Source: a virus (Duplodnaviria; Caudoviricetes). Taken from it: a stretch of 44,481 bases of DNA. Made by a program: the position numbers and the translations under genes. The notes under the pieces are model-generated. The model searched no databases. It was given only the letters and a program-made list of their open reading frames with translations, and was not told the DNA's origin. The stretch spans positions 1-44,481 of the IMG/VR virus record IMGVR_UViG_3300037780_000052. One strand, 5' to 3'. Shown piece by piece: positions 35,745-43,864 of the stretch (the first letter of the stretch is position 1; the number at the start of each line of letters is the position of its first letter).

Positions 35745-35751
35745 TATTTAT
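35745..35751 (-). promoter_or_regulatory. Late promoter ATAAATA
   Basis: gATAAATAatatt immediately 5' of the structured leader. Confidence 0.7.
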
Positions 35752-35764
35752 CAAAAAATAATGA

Positions 35765-38356
35765 TTATCCTAGTACGAGTGTGTAAATATCAACCAATTC
35801 GGCGAAAACATCTTCAGTGACTACTTCACCGACACCCGCTGCTCTCTGCCACCCAGTGCCATTCCAAACTTCGAGATATTCTTGATCTGTATTCCACCTA
35901 GTATCACCTGTTTCAGGAGCAGAAGGTTGTTGATCATCGCTACCATAAGGAACAACAAAGCCTAAATTTGTATCAAATTTAACATAACCTCTGTCGGTAA
36001 CAAATAAACTTAAATTATCATTTTCAAAATTTTCTATGATATTTGAATATAAAAACAAACTTTCTATCTGTGTCAAACTTGATCCATTTGGTGTTAATTC
36101 TAAATCACTATTAGAAGTCGTAGTTGTAATTATATTGCTTTCAATGGATATATCTCCATTGGAAAATTTATTTAATTCTATGTTGCCAAACTTACCTTGA
36201 CTACTGTCATCTAAATTAACTGCGTTTCCTGAAAATCTTGCAACTTCTGTATCATCAATTGTAAAAATTATATCTTTCTGAGTATTATTTGCAGTGACTC
36301 TGGTTCTTGTGTTTTCTGAATATACACCACCGAAAGTAATATTTGCTGTGGTATATCCTTGAAACAAATCTGTGTCCGAATTATACCTTATATCTGATTC
36401 TTCATTTTTTCTTTGAGATTGTGACCCTACAGCAATTCTAAAATTTAAATTATTATCAAGATTTACAAATCCTGAATCTAATTTCCAAATAACATCTCCT
36501 GCGAGACCAATTATACTATTTCCACTAAATCTGATATTACCAATGTCAATTCTTTCACCGTCAATGTAAGTGATATTTCCACCATCGTTAATGAATATAC
36601 TGTTTATCCCAGCAAAATTGATACTATCTATGTCAATACTAGCAGTACCATCTTCAAAATTTACGTAAAATGCATTACCTATTCTAAAAGTTCCATCGGC
36701 ATCAGTTGATGTAAAATAAATTTTACCTTGATTTATTTCTTGAATTTCTTGATCAAATAACGTAAGTGTTCTATCATTCGATGAATTTTTTCCAGAACCA
36801 ATATAAGCAAAATTATGTCCTATCAAGTACATTAAAACATCAGAACCGTCTGCTACTGCTCCGAAATTACCGTAGATATTGGCACTGCCTATTGATCTTA
36901 GTTCTATTCTTGTATTCGAAAAAGCATCGCCGCCTTCTAGAATATTATTTGATTCAGTATTTGCATCACCTGCATCATAGGTTTCTGTGATTGTTCCTGT
37001 GACAGCAAATTCTGCGTCAAAATTATTTTCATCAATAAATGCATACAACCCCCTGTTAGCAAAATATGTAAATGAATTTAACCATTCTACTCTAACCCCG
37101 TTGGTCATTGAAAGTGCATCTACACCAGGAGTAATAAAAGTAACACTGTGAAACAACATACTAGGAGTAAGAGTAGCCTCGTTTACAACAGAACCGTCGA
37201 CCAAAGCCCCTCGTCCTGCATCCCCTGTGTCAAATCCTCTAGGATCAGATTCACTTGTAACTGTACCTCTAGTGATTACACTCACGTTTCTTACGTATGG
37301 TGATCGTTCAGTAATTATTGCATCAGGTGCAAAGCCAAATGCATAGCCGGGACTGTAAAAATCTGTAACTGTTAAATTTTCAACTGTACAATTTTGATTT
37401 AAATAAAAAGCATCACTGTTTTGAGTGGCTACTGTGGGTCTAATAATAACATTACGGATATCTTCGCCGCTTACAGTAACACGCTCAGGTAATGTCAACG
37501 GAAATTCTTCTTCGTATTCTCCTGGGTAAATATGAATTGTAACAGGTCCTTCGGAACTTGCATCAGCAACACTGAGTGCATGTTTTAGTGTTCTAAATGC
37601 ACCGTGCTGGTGATCACCTGTGTTAGTGTCATCGCCTAGTGTACTTACATAAAAAATATTTCCTTGTCTTAGTGCTAAACTAGTATCACTTACAGTTAAA
37701 TCATCGACTGTTATCTGTTGCCCATTAAGAAGATTTGAATATAAATTCAGCCATTTTTTGGTATCAGAGCCTAGATCAAAAGTATTATTTGTGTCTGGTA
37801 TAATGTCACTGTTTATGTCTGCATTAAACTCCACTCCATCAGTATCATCGTCTCCCAATGTTAATGCAGCGTTAAAAGTTATATTACCGGTACTGTATAA
37901 AGATCCGGTGATGTTTGTGTTAGATTTTATATCAAGTATACCCGAACTAGGTCTCAATTCTAAATTAGTGTCAGGAGTGTGTGTAGAAATAGTATTTTCA
38001 TTGATAGTTATGTCATCTGTTTCGAGATGACTTACATTAATTCTATCACCTGCACGAAAAATTAGATCTCCGCTATTACTGACAATTTCATTTCCGATGT
38101 TAGAACCGTTGTTTGTAATATATTGTAAACTGATATTACCTATATTAGCATATGGAGAGATCAAATTCGTGCTAGCCACAGCACCATTTATTTCAAGAAC
38201 ATCATTCGGGCTTTCAGTGTTAATACCTATTTTTCTGTCTGTAACTTCTAGATGAAGTAAAGCAGTATCACTTACTGTGTTTTTGAAATTTAAATTTGAT
38301 GTTCTTAAAAGGTTGTCTTTTAAGAGCTGTCCAGATATTCTACCTATTTCTGACAT
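35765..38356 (-). CDS. Fibre/baseplate-associated protein, paralog of the 1109-aa protein lacking LamG (863 aa)
   Basis: MSEIGRISGQLLKDNLLR; shares LALRQGNIFYV, RSPY, SDPRGFD-x-GDAGRGA, FHSVTFITPGVDA, RVEWLN-x-FTYFANRGL and C-terminal L-x-LG. Confidence 0.8.
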   Translation of the reverse strand: MSEIGRISGQLLKDNLLRTSNLNFKNTVSDTALLHLEVTDRKIGINTESPNDVLEINGAVASTNLISPYANIGNISLQYITNNGSNIGNEIVSNSGDLIFRAGDRINVSHLETDDITINENTISTHTPDTNLELRPSSGILDIKSNTNITGSLYSTGNITFNAALTLGDDDTDGVEFNADINSDIIPDTNNTFDLGSDTKKWLNLYSNLLNGQQITVDDLTVSDTSLALRQGNIFYVSTLGDDTNTGDHQHGAFRTLKHALSVADASSEGPVTIHIYPGEYEEEFPLTLPERVTVSGEDIRNVIIRPTVATQNSDAFYLNQNCTVENLTVTDFYSPGYAFGFAPDAIITERSPYVRNVSVITRGTVTSESDPRGFDTGDAGRGALVDGSVVNEATLTPSMLFHSVTFITPGVDALSMTNGVRVEWLNSFTYFANRGLYAFIDENNFDAEFAVTGTITETYDAGDANTESNNILEGGDAFSNTRIELRSIGSANIYGNFGAVADGSDVLMYLIGHNFAYIGSGKNSSNDRTLTLFDQEIQEINQGKIYFTSTDADGTFRIGNAFYVNFEDGTASIDIDSINFAGINSIFINDGGNITYIDGERIDIGNIRFSGNSIIGLAGDVIWKLDSGFVNLDNNLNFRIAVGSQSQRKNEESDIRYNSDTDLFQGYTTANITFGGVYSENTRTRVTANNTQKDIIFTIDDTEVARFSGNAVNLDDSSQGKFGNIELNKFSNGDISIESNIITTTTSNSDLELTPNGSSLTQIESLFLYSNIIENFENDNLSLFVTDRGYVKFDTNLGFVVPYGSDDQQPSAPETGDTRWNTDQEYLEVWNGTGWQRAAGVGEVVTEDVFAELVDIYTLVLG

Positions 38357-38376
38357 ACAATATCTCCTTGATATTG

Positions 38377-38383
38377 TATTTAT
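38377..38383 (-). promoter_or_regulatory. Late promoter ATAAATA overlapping a stop codon
   Basis: AAA TAA ATA at the end of the 183-aa gene, then AAGGAGA RBS. Confidence 0.65.
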
Positions 38384-38931
38384 TTGTCAAAGTTATGTAA
38401 AACAGTTACCTCTTTTCCTACAGGAACAGGTGTAGAAAATTTTAAATACCAGCCGTCTGCATATGGAGAATTAGGACCTGTTAAGCTTCCGCTCGAACTT
38501 TGTTCGAGTGTATAGTTGGTATTAGATATTTGAAAAACATTTTCAATAAAAACTAAAACATTTTGTGCAGCAGACGGAATTGGAAAATCACTGTCTCCGC
38601 TGTCTAAGGGACCAAACACAGTTTCTACATCATCTCCAGATCCTAAATTTTGTTGTACAATTCCAGGATTCTGATTGGGCTCTTTAAATCTCAAACGTTT
38701 CCAGCTACTGTCATAATATGTTTCAAAACCTATAATTTCACCGTTGCCGTCTGTTGAAGTATTAAATCTAATGTGTCCGTTATTTGGAAACTGGGGCCTC
38801 TGTGCTGTTGTGCCTTTAGGGATAAGCATTACATTATTACTATCAACAATGACTTGATCATCGATGTCATACTGCACACCTTTCCCAACAATATTTCTGA
38901 GATTTGTAGTTTGACGTTTGATTAATCTCAT
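38380..38931 (-). CDS. Virion structural protein (183 aa)
   Basis: IPKGTTAQRP...GHIRFNT motif shared with the 1109- and 863-aa proteins; C-terminal VLVFIENVFQ...Y...LKFSTPVP domain typical of myovirus baseplate-associated repeats. Confidence 0.7.
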   Translation of the reverse strand: MRLIKRQTTNLRNIVGKGVQYDIDDQVIVDSNNVMLIPKGTTAQRPQFPNNGHIRFNTSTDGNGEIIGFETYYDSSWKRLRFKEPNQNPGIVQQNLGSGDDVETVFGPLDSGDSDFPIPSAAQNVLVFIENVFQISNTNYTLEQSSSGSLTGPNSPYADGWYLKFSTPVPVGKEVTVLHNFDK

Positions 38932-38932
38932 A

Positions 38933-39265
38933 TTATACTTCCAAATAACTTACAGTAGCTGATAAATTTGTTAGATTGGCACCGATATCAGGTTCTGCTA
39001 CGAATACAATTTTATCACCTGCTTCTAGTATTATTCTTTCAGAATCAAATGTAAATGTTTCTCCTCCGGGTAATTCCAAATTGTTTATTACCCGTGTAAT
39101 TGCATTGTTTTTCGGTTGTCCGCTTAAAAAGTGTAAGTCAAAACTTGCAGTATTTGACGAACTGTTATTACATACTAAAATATTAGTAATAGCATAAACT
39201 TTTTCTGCCGGGACCGTTAATATTTCTAAATCAGTTGTTGTAAGTTGTGCATTTACTATTGCCAT
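38933..39265 (-). CDS. Small virion protein, ~110-aa family member 3
   Basis: ILTVPAEKVYAITNILVCNNS...NLELPGGETF...ERIILEAGDKI...SATVSYLEV. Confidence 0.75.
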   Translation of the reverse strand: MAIVNAQLTTTDLEILTVPAEKVYAITNILVCNNSSSNTASFDLHFLSGQPKNNAITRVINNLELPGGETFTFDSERIILEAGDKIVFVAEPDIGANLTNLSATVSYLEV

Positions 39266-39274
39266 TTTCTTTCC

Positions 39275-40252
39275 TTAAAAAATCATACTAAAAATCAATG
39301 CTCTATTTCTACTTATAACTTCGTCTCTTGTTTGATTCTGATTAACGAAATATATACCTGTATTACCTGTCGATTCATTTGCGATGTAAATTTTTACTCC
39401 GTCTGCAGGAACCGCAGGAAATAATGTAGCATCATCAACACTGGGTACACTGTTTATCCTAAGTGTATCGTCTATTACTATTTCACCAGTTCCCGGAGCA
39501 CTTAATGTTAGATCTTCATTTGATGTCAGTGTTTCTATAGTTGTACCTATAATTCTTAAGTCACCTAATTCAAATCTATCACTATAAAAATTTCCTATAT
39601 TGATACTATCAATATCAAAATTTATTTGACTTTCTGCAACAGCAGATTCTTCTATATCCCTCACTGCAACTCTAGTCGGTGATATAGTTCCTTCACCAAT
39701 CTGTGGTAAAAGAACTGTAGAAAATGCAGTATCAATAGAATCGTCTACATATTTTTTGTTAGGAATATCGTCGTCGTCTTGAACTTGATTTTCGTAGTTA
39801 TTTGTTCCTGTTACACTAACTACACCATTGCCGCTGTTAATTAAAAATAAATCAGAACCTCCTGTTGAAATACTGTTTGTTCTTAGTCCAACAAGAGTTC
39901 CTGATCCATTTCTAATAACAAATGCACCATTTTTTGTAGTGGATGTAGCAGGGTCAGCCCACTGAATGCCTTCATCGAACAAGAAAAATGCATCCGGTTC
40001 GCTTCCCCTATCTACTTGTATCCCAGCAATATCTAAAGTTATTCCAGGTCCAGTTTCGCCATCATTAACAACAATAATATTATCTCTTACAACAAGATCT
40101 TCTGATTGTACAGTAGTAGTATTTCCACGAACTTCAAGATCTCCCGTTACAACAACAGTTCCCTGCTCGAGACCTGTATCTAAGGTGATAACACCACCTT
40201 GTTGTACTTCAATTTTATAATCACCATTGGGTATTTTTAAAAACTTAGACAT
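39275..40252 (-). CDS. Fibre-like virion protein (325 aa)
   Basis: VTGDLEVRGNTTTV...VRDNIIVVN...AGIQVDRG, DIPNKKYVD and DLTLSAPGTGEI are trimeric fibre shaft motifs; hydrophobic C-terminus ALIFSMIF. Confidence 0.7.
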   Translation of the reverse strand: MSKFLKIPNGDYKIEVQQGGVITLDTGLEQGTVVVTGDLEVRGNTTTVQSEDLVVRDNIIVVNDGETGPGITLDIAGIQVDRGSEPDAFFLFDEGIQWADPATSTTKNGAFVIRNGSGTLVGLRTNSISTGGSDLFLINSGNGVVSVTGTNNYENQVQDDDDIPNKKYVDDSIDTAFSTVLLPQIGEGTISPTRVAVRDIEESAVAESQINFDIDSINIGNFYSDRFELGDLRIIGTTIETLTSNEDLTLSAPGTGEIVIDDTLRINSVPSVDDATLFPAVPADGVKIYIANESTGNTGIYFVNQNQTRDEVISRNRALIFSMIF

Positions 40253-40268
40253 ATTGAGATCCTGAATG

Positions 40269-40294
40269 AATTATGGGGATTGCTCCCCATAATT
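40269..40294 (-). terminator. 11-bp hairpin with GCAA tetraloop (terminator or stabiliser)
   Basis: AATTATGGGGA-GCAA-TCCCCATAATT directly at the stop of the 149-aa gene; weak U-tract. Confidence 0.7.
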
Positions 40295-40742
40295 ATAGTG
40301 CAGTTAAAACTAAAACAGTAGTGGTTGAATCGTCTTGTATTTCCCAAGTATAACGATTGTTTGAAAAATCTCTACAAGTTCTGTTGTAAAACTTTTTAAT
40401 TCTAATAGTGGTGGTAGAACTATCTTCATCAAAAAGTATACCTTCAATAATCATTTCATTAGCTGCTAGGGTACCTGGTGTTTTGTCTACCAGTTTGCAA
40501 ATTCCTACATTACCTTGAGCTCCGGTATCACCCAAGTCATCATTGGTGCCTGTTTTTACATCATTTACCAAAAATTTTGTAGTGCTACGCTGGCGAAGAA
40601 TATAAGCTTCATCAGTTTCGGTGTTTGCGCCTACTTTGGCACTAATTGTAATATTATAAAATGTATCATTTTTTGGTGCAAATCTTGAATCATCTGCATC
40701 TGGTAATCTACCAAACCATCTTTTATTAAGTGGACGTCCCAT
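40293..40742 (-). CDS. Conserved virion protein following the major capsid gene (149 aa), possibly head-associated
   Basis: MGRPLNKRWFG...YILRQRSTTKFLV...GICKL; strong AAAGGAGA RBS, own promoter and structured leader. Confidence 0.7.
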   Translation of the reverse strand: MGRPLNKRWFGRLPDADDSRFAPKNDTFYNITISAKVGANTETDEAYILRQRSTTKFLVNDVKTGTNDDLGDTGAQGNVGICKLVDKTPGTLAANEMIIEGILFDEDSSTTTIRIKKFYNRTCRDFSNNRYTWEIQDDSTTTVLVLTAL

Positions 40743-40826
40743 TTGTTTTCTCCTTTGCTAGACGTTCTAGGTCATACGCGGTGGGTTGATTCCGCATAAG
40801 TCCTCATTGAGGCGCAGTTTATGACT
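40743..40826 (-). ncRNA. Putative structured cis-regulatory 5' leader RNA
   Basis: GC-rich leader with stems GUCAUA/UAUGAC, CCUC/GAGG, UAUGCGG/CCGCGUA and CUAGA/UCUAG between promoter and RBS. Confidence 0.6.
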
Positions 40827-40830
40827 ATAA

Positions 40831-40837
40831 TATTTAT
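40831..40837 (-). promoter_or_regulatory. Late promoter ATAAATA
   Basis: gATAAATAttata downstream of the capsid terminator. Confidence 0.7.
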
Positions 40838-40850
40838 CAAAACACTGCTC

Positions 40851-40877
40851 ATAAAAATAGGCCCCGAAGGGCCTATT
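40851..40877 (-). terminator. Rho-independent terminator with cUUCGg tetraloop after the major capsid gene
   Basis: AATAGGCCC-TTCG-GGGCCTATT-TTTAT; UUCG-loop terminators are typical of T4-like phages. Confidence 0.92.
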
Positions 40878-40897
40878 AATTTTTATTTTATTAAATA

Positions 40898-42091
40898 TCA
40901 GCTGAAGCTGACGTTACCGCTTGTGATGTCAACTGTTGCCAAGTAATCAGCTGCGTTACCAAGTGATGACGCAGTGTTTGTTAGCTCAACATAACCGTAA
41001 CGAGTCATAAAGCTAACTACTGGTTCGAATGTTGACGGATCAAGTACAACACCTGAGCTCATTAGTGGGATATATGGGCAGTAGAACGCTGCTGCGTCTG
41101 ATTCTGCTGAACCTTTATAACCGATTAGAACTGCTGTGCTGTCAGATGCATATGTGTCAACATATACACGCATTGCATTGTTTAGAGTACCAACCATCTT
41201 AGTGTTAGTTGGTGCTTCAAAAGTACCTTCAGTTGTACGAGCGAACGCTGAAGTAGTTGCTGACTGAAGAATTGTAAGCGCGAATGGCGATACAACTGCC
41301 CAGTTACCAGCACCACGACGTGTACGCTGTGCGATTAGGTTTGATGCACGGTTGATTTGAACTGCTAGAGCAGCATGTTCATCACCAACGAAAGTTGCAG
41401 TACCGCTTACGCCTGCTTGGTCGTAAGTTTCAACTGCTGTGCCACCTAGCGCACGAAGTGATTGAAGTACTTCTTGGTCGATTTCAGCAGTGATTTCTTG
41501 AGCTAGAGCAGCCATGATTTCTGCTTCTATGTCGATGCCATGCTGCGACTGTGCGTCTTGTGCAGCTTCGAAGGTCCAGCGTGCGCTGAGCTTACGAGTT
41601 TTAGCTTCAACAGTTTGCTTCAAGATCTGAATGCTAAGTCTGTTACCTACTTCACCTTCTAGGTTAGCAGTTTGAGCAGCACGACCTGTGTCAACAAGAC
41701 CATTGTTGTATGACTGACCTGAATATGCTTCAGCAATTTTGAATGGGCTAAGAGCCTCTTCACCTGCTGTTGCTCCAGCGATACCAGTACCGGCGGTGTC
41801 CGAATAACGAACACGTAGAGTATGGATCTGACCCACTGGACCAGTCAACGGCTGAACGCCTACGATTTCGTTTGCAATCACTGTTGGCATTACACGACGA
41901 ATAACTGGTAAAATAACTCTGTTTAGAGTTGCGACATTACCGGCAGAAGTAGCACCAGCTGTTGCAGTTTCTGCTAGATACTTGCGAGTATTTTCTAGCG
42001 TAGCTGCCATAACTGACTTTTTGTTGCCTTGTAGGCCTTCAAGAAGTGCTGTCTTCGTGTCCTGCCAGCGACTTTCTAGTAGTTCTGACAT
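40898..42091 (-). CDS. gp23: Major capsid protein (T4 gp23-like)
   Basis: ILPVIRRVMPTVIANEIVGVQPLTGPVGQI, VEAKTRKLSARWTFEAAQD, EITAEID, GYKG, DAAAFYCPYIPL, FEPVVSFMTRYG. Confidence 0.98.
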   Translation of the reverse strand: MSELLESRWQDTKTALLEGLQGNKKSVMAATLENTRKYLAETATAGATSAGNVATLNRVILPVIRRVMPTVIANEIVGVQPLTGPVGQIHTLRVRYSDTAGTGIAGATAGEEALSPFKIAEAYSGQSYNNGLVDTGRAAQTANLEGEVGNRLSIQILKQTVEAKTRKLSARWTFEAAQDAQSQHGIDIEAEIMAALAQEITAEIDQEVLQSLRALGGTAVETYDQAGVSGTATFVGDEHAALAVQINRASNLIAQRTRRGAGNWAVVSPFALTILQSATTSAFARTTEGTFEAPTNTKMVGTLNNAMRVYVDTYASDSTAVLIGYKGSAESDAAAFYCPYIPLMSSGVVLDPSTFEPVVSFMTRYGYVELTNTASSLGNAADYLATVDITSGNVSFS

Positions 42092-42101
42092 TATTATCTC
42101 C

Positions 42102-43205
42102 TTAATTTAATCCAGCTAGACGACGGAGTTCTACAACATTCTCATCATCTGCTTTACTACTAACGTTAGTTTGTGAATTTATTTCACGGTTGCCTGTTAT
42201 TTCTTTTGCCTCTGCTAATACTGCCTTTTGCTTCGCTGGACTTTTACCATCGATAACCGCTGGTAGATATTTGTCAAACGCAGACTGTAGTCTATCGGTT
42301 TGAACACTTTCCAGTAAGTCTGTCATGATTTCTCTCTGCTCTTTACCCAATGGAGTAACAAGATCATTTAGAATTTTTTCACGCTTTGCTTCTGCAAGGA
42401 TTTTTTTGTTTTTTAATTCCTGTGCTTCTGCAAGTTTTTTAGCTTTTGCAGCAAATGCTTTTGCTTCTGAAAGTTGTTTGTCTTTTGAACTAAGAACTTT
42501 CAGAAGTTTTGCCGTTTCTGACTTTTCGTTTAGATAACTAGTGCCATACTCTGATGCAAATGCTTCAAATATTTTACGACCGAAGTCGTTTCTGCGTGCT
42601 GTGTCAATATCTTCTTTGAGTGCAGTAATTTCACTGTTAAGTTGCTTACTGATCATTTCAGATACTAAATCAGCACTTCTTTCGATAAAGTCTTTTTTGA
42701 CTTTAGCGAAGTGTGTTTTAGCTTCACGTACTAGTCGTACTTTTGTTTCAGCTAAATCTTTTTTATCTTCGTAGAATTCTGCAATTTCGTTTGATAGGGC
42801 TTCTACTACAAACTCTTCGAGCTTGGCGTAGTTTTCGGCCATTACTCGTTTGTCTGCACGCAGTTCTGAAATTTCTTTTTGTAGTTGTTCTACAACAAAA
42901 CCTTTCAGTAGATCTGCATTTTCACGCATTGCTACCGCATATTTTGCTTTTGCTTCTGCAAGTTGTTTGCGATCTTCAGAAAATTCTTGAATTTCTTCTG
43001 CTAAACGTTCACTTAGTAGTTCATCAATTGCTTCTACCATTGTCTGCTTATCATGCTCGTACTTTTGTGCAAATTCTTCACGTAGTTCGGCAGTTGCAGC
43101 ACGACGGTTTTCAGCAATCTTTGCTTCCCAAGCTTCTTCAATCTGAGCCCTGATCTCTTCGTTAACTACATCATTTTCAAAGAGTGTCTTCAGTGCATCT
43201 ATCAT
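42102..43205 (-). CDS. gp22: Prohead scaffolding/core protein (T4 gp22-like)
   Basis: 367-aa E/K/A-rich coiled coil between protease and capsid genes; many L-x-E sites; AGGAGA RBS. Confidence 0.85.
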   Translation of the reverse strand: MIDALKTLFENDVVNEEIRAQIEEAWEAKIAENRRAATAELREEFAQKYEHDKQTMVEAIDELLSERLAEEIQEFSEDRKQLAEAKAKYAVAMRENADLLKGFVVEQLQKEISELRADKRVMAENYAKLEEFVVEALSNEIAEFYEDKKDLAETKVRLVREAKTHFAKVKKDFIERSADLVSEMISKQLNSEITALKEDIDTARRNDFGRKIFEAFASEYGTSYLNEKSETAKLLKVLSSKDKQLSEAKAFAAKAKKLAEAQELKNKKILAEAKREKILNDLVTPLGKEQREIMTDLLESVQTDRLQSAFDKYLPAVIDGKSPAKQKAVLAEAKEITGNREINSQTNVSSKADDENVVELRRLAGLN

Positions 43206-43219
43206 ACTTTTCTCCTAGT

Positions 43220-43843
43220 TTATTGGAGTTTGTTGATTATATTAATCAACGATTCCTTTAGATACTTTTGTGCCTTGTCATCATGTTTTGTTGCCTGTGC
43301 CATTTCGTAAGCCTTGTACCCTCCACGTGTGTTCATTAAATGTTCATAAATTGGTGTTGGGTAAGCACCAGGGGCGCTGGGCTGTGCCACAACGTCCACG
43401 GTGATAATTTCAAAATCAGAAACGGTATTAGAACCGTCTTCTGAAACATTTCCGCTACCTCTCGATGAGACACCCAGTTTCACTCCGCTTTCCAGCATTG
43501 TTCTAACCAGTTGTCCCATCGGTGTTGGTAGGATTTTCATCTTTCCGTAACCGTTTGCATCATCCATCCACATTTCTGTAATCATATGACTTACACGGTC
43601 TAAGTTAATATTAAGTCCCTCTGGATGATCAACTTCTCCGAGAACACTATATCCTCCGCTTATCTGATCATTGAGAGTTTTGACAGCCCTGCCAATTTCA
43701 TTTACAGGATACACTCGCTGATTAGCGTTGCGAACGCCTCCTTGAATACAAATACCTTTCATGTAAAGGTCTTTGCCTTCATTTGCGTTTTCTACAACCA
43801 TTCTAGCTTGGTCGAATGTCAAATGCTCTCGTAAGTTTCTCAT
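43220..43843 (-). CDS. gp21: Prohead core protease (T4 gp21-like)
   Basis: GICIQ...NANQRVYP, LGEVDHP, INLDRVSH, ILPTPMG, LGVSSRGSG, DVVAQPSAPGAY. Confidence 0.96.
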   Translation of the reverse strand: MRNLREHLTFDQARMVVENANEGKDLYMKGICIQGGVRNANQRVYPVNEIGRAVKTLNDQISGGYSVLGEVDHPEGLNINLDRVSHMITEMWMDDANGYGKMKILPTPMGQLVRTMLESGVKLGVSSRGSGNVSEDGSNTVSDFEIITVDVVAQPSAPGAYPTPIYEHLMNTRGGYKAYEMAQATKHDDKAQKYLKESLINIINKLQ

Positions 43844-43864
43844 TCAAACTTCCTTAATCTTGCC

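Noticed and set aside
40743-40826. Hammerhead ribozyme or tRNA reading of the structured leaders
   Set aside because: No CUGAUGA/GAAA core and no cloverleaf with T-loop GTTC or CCA end in either leader.
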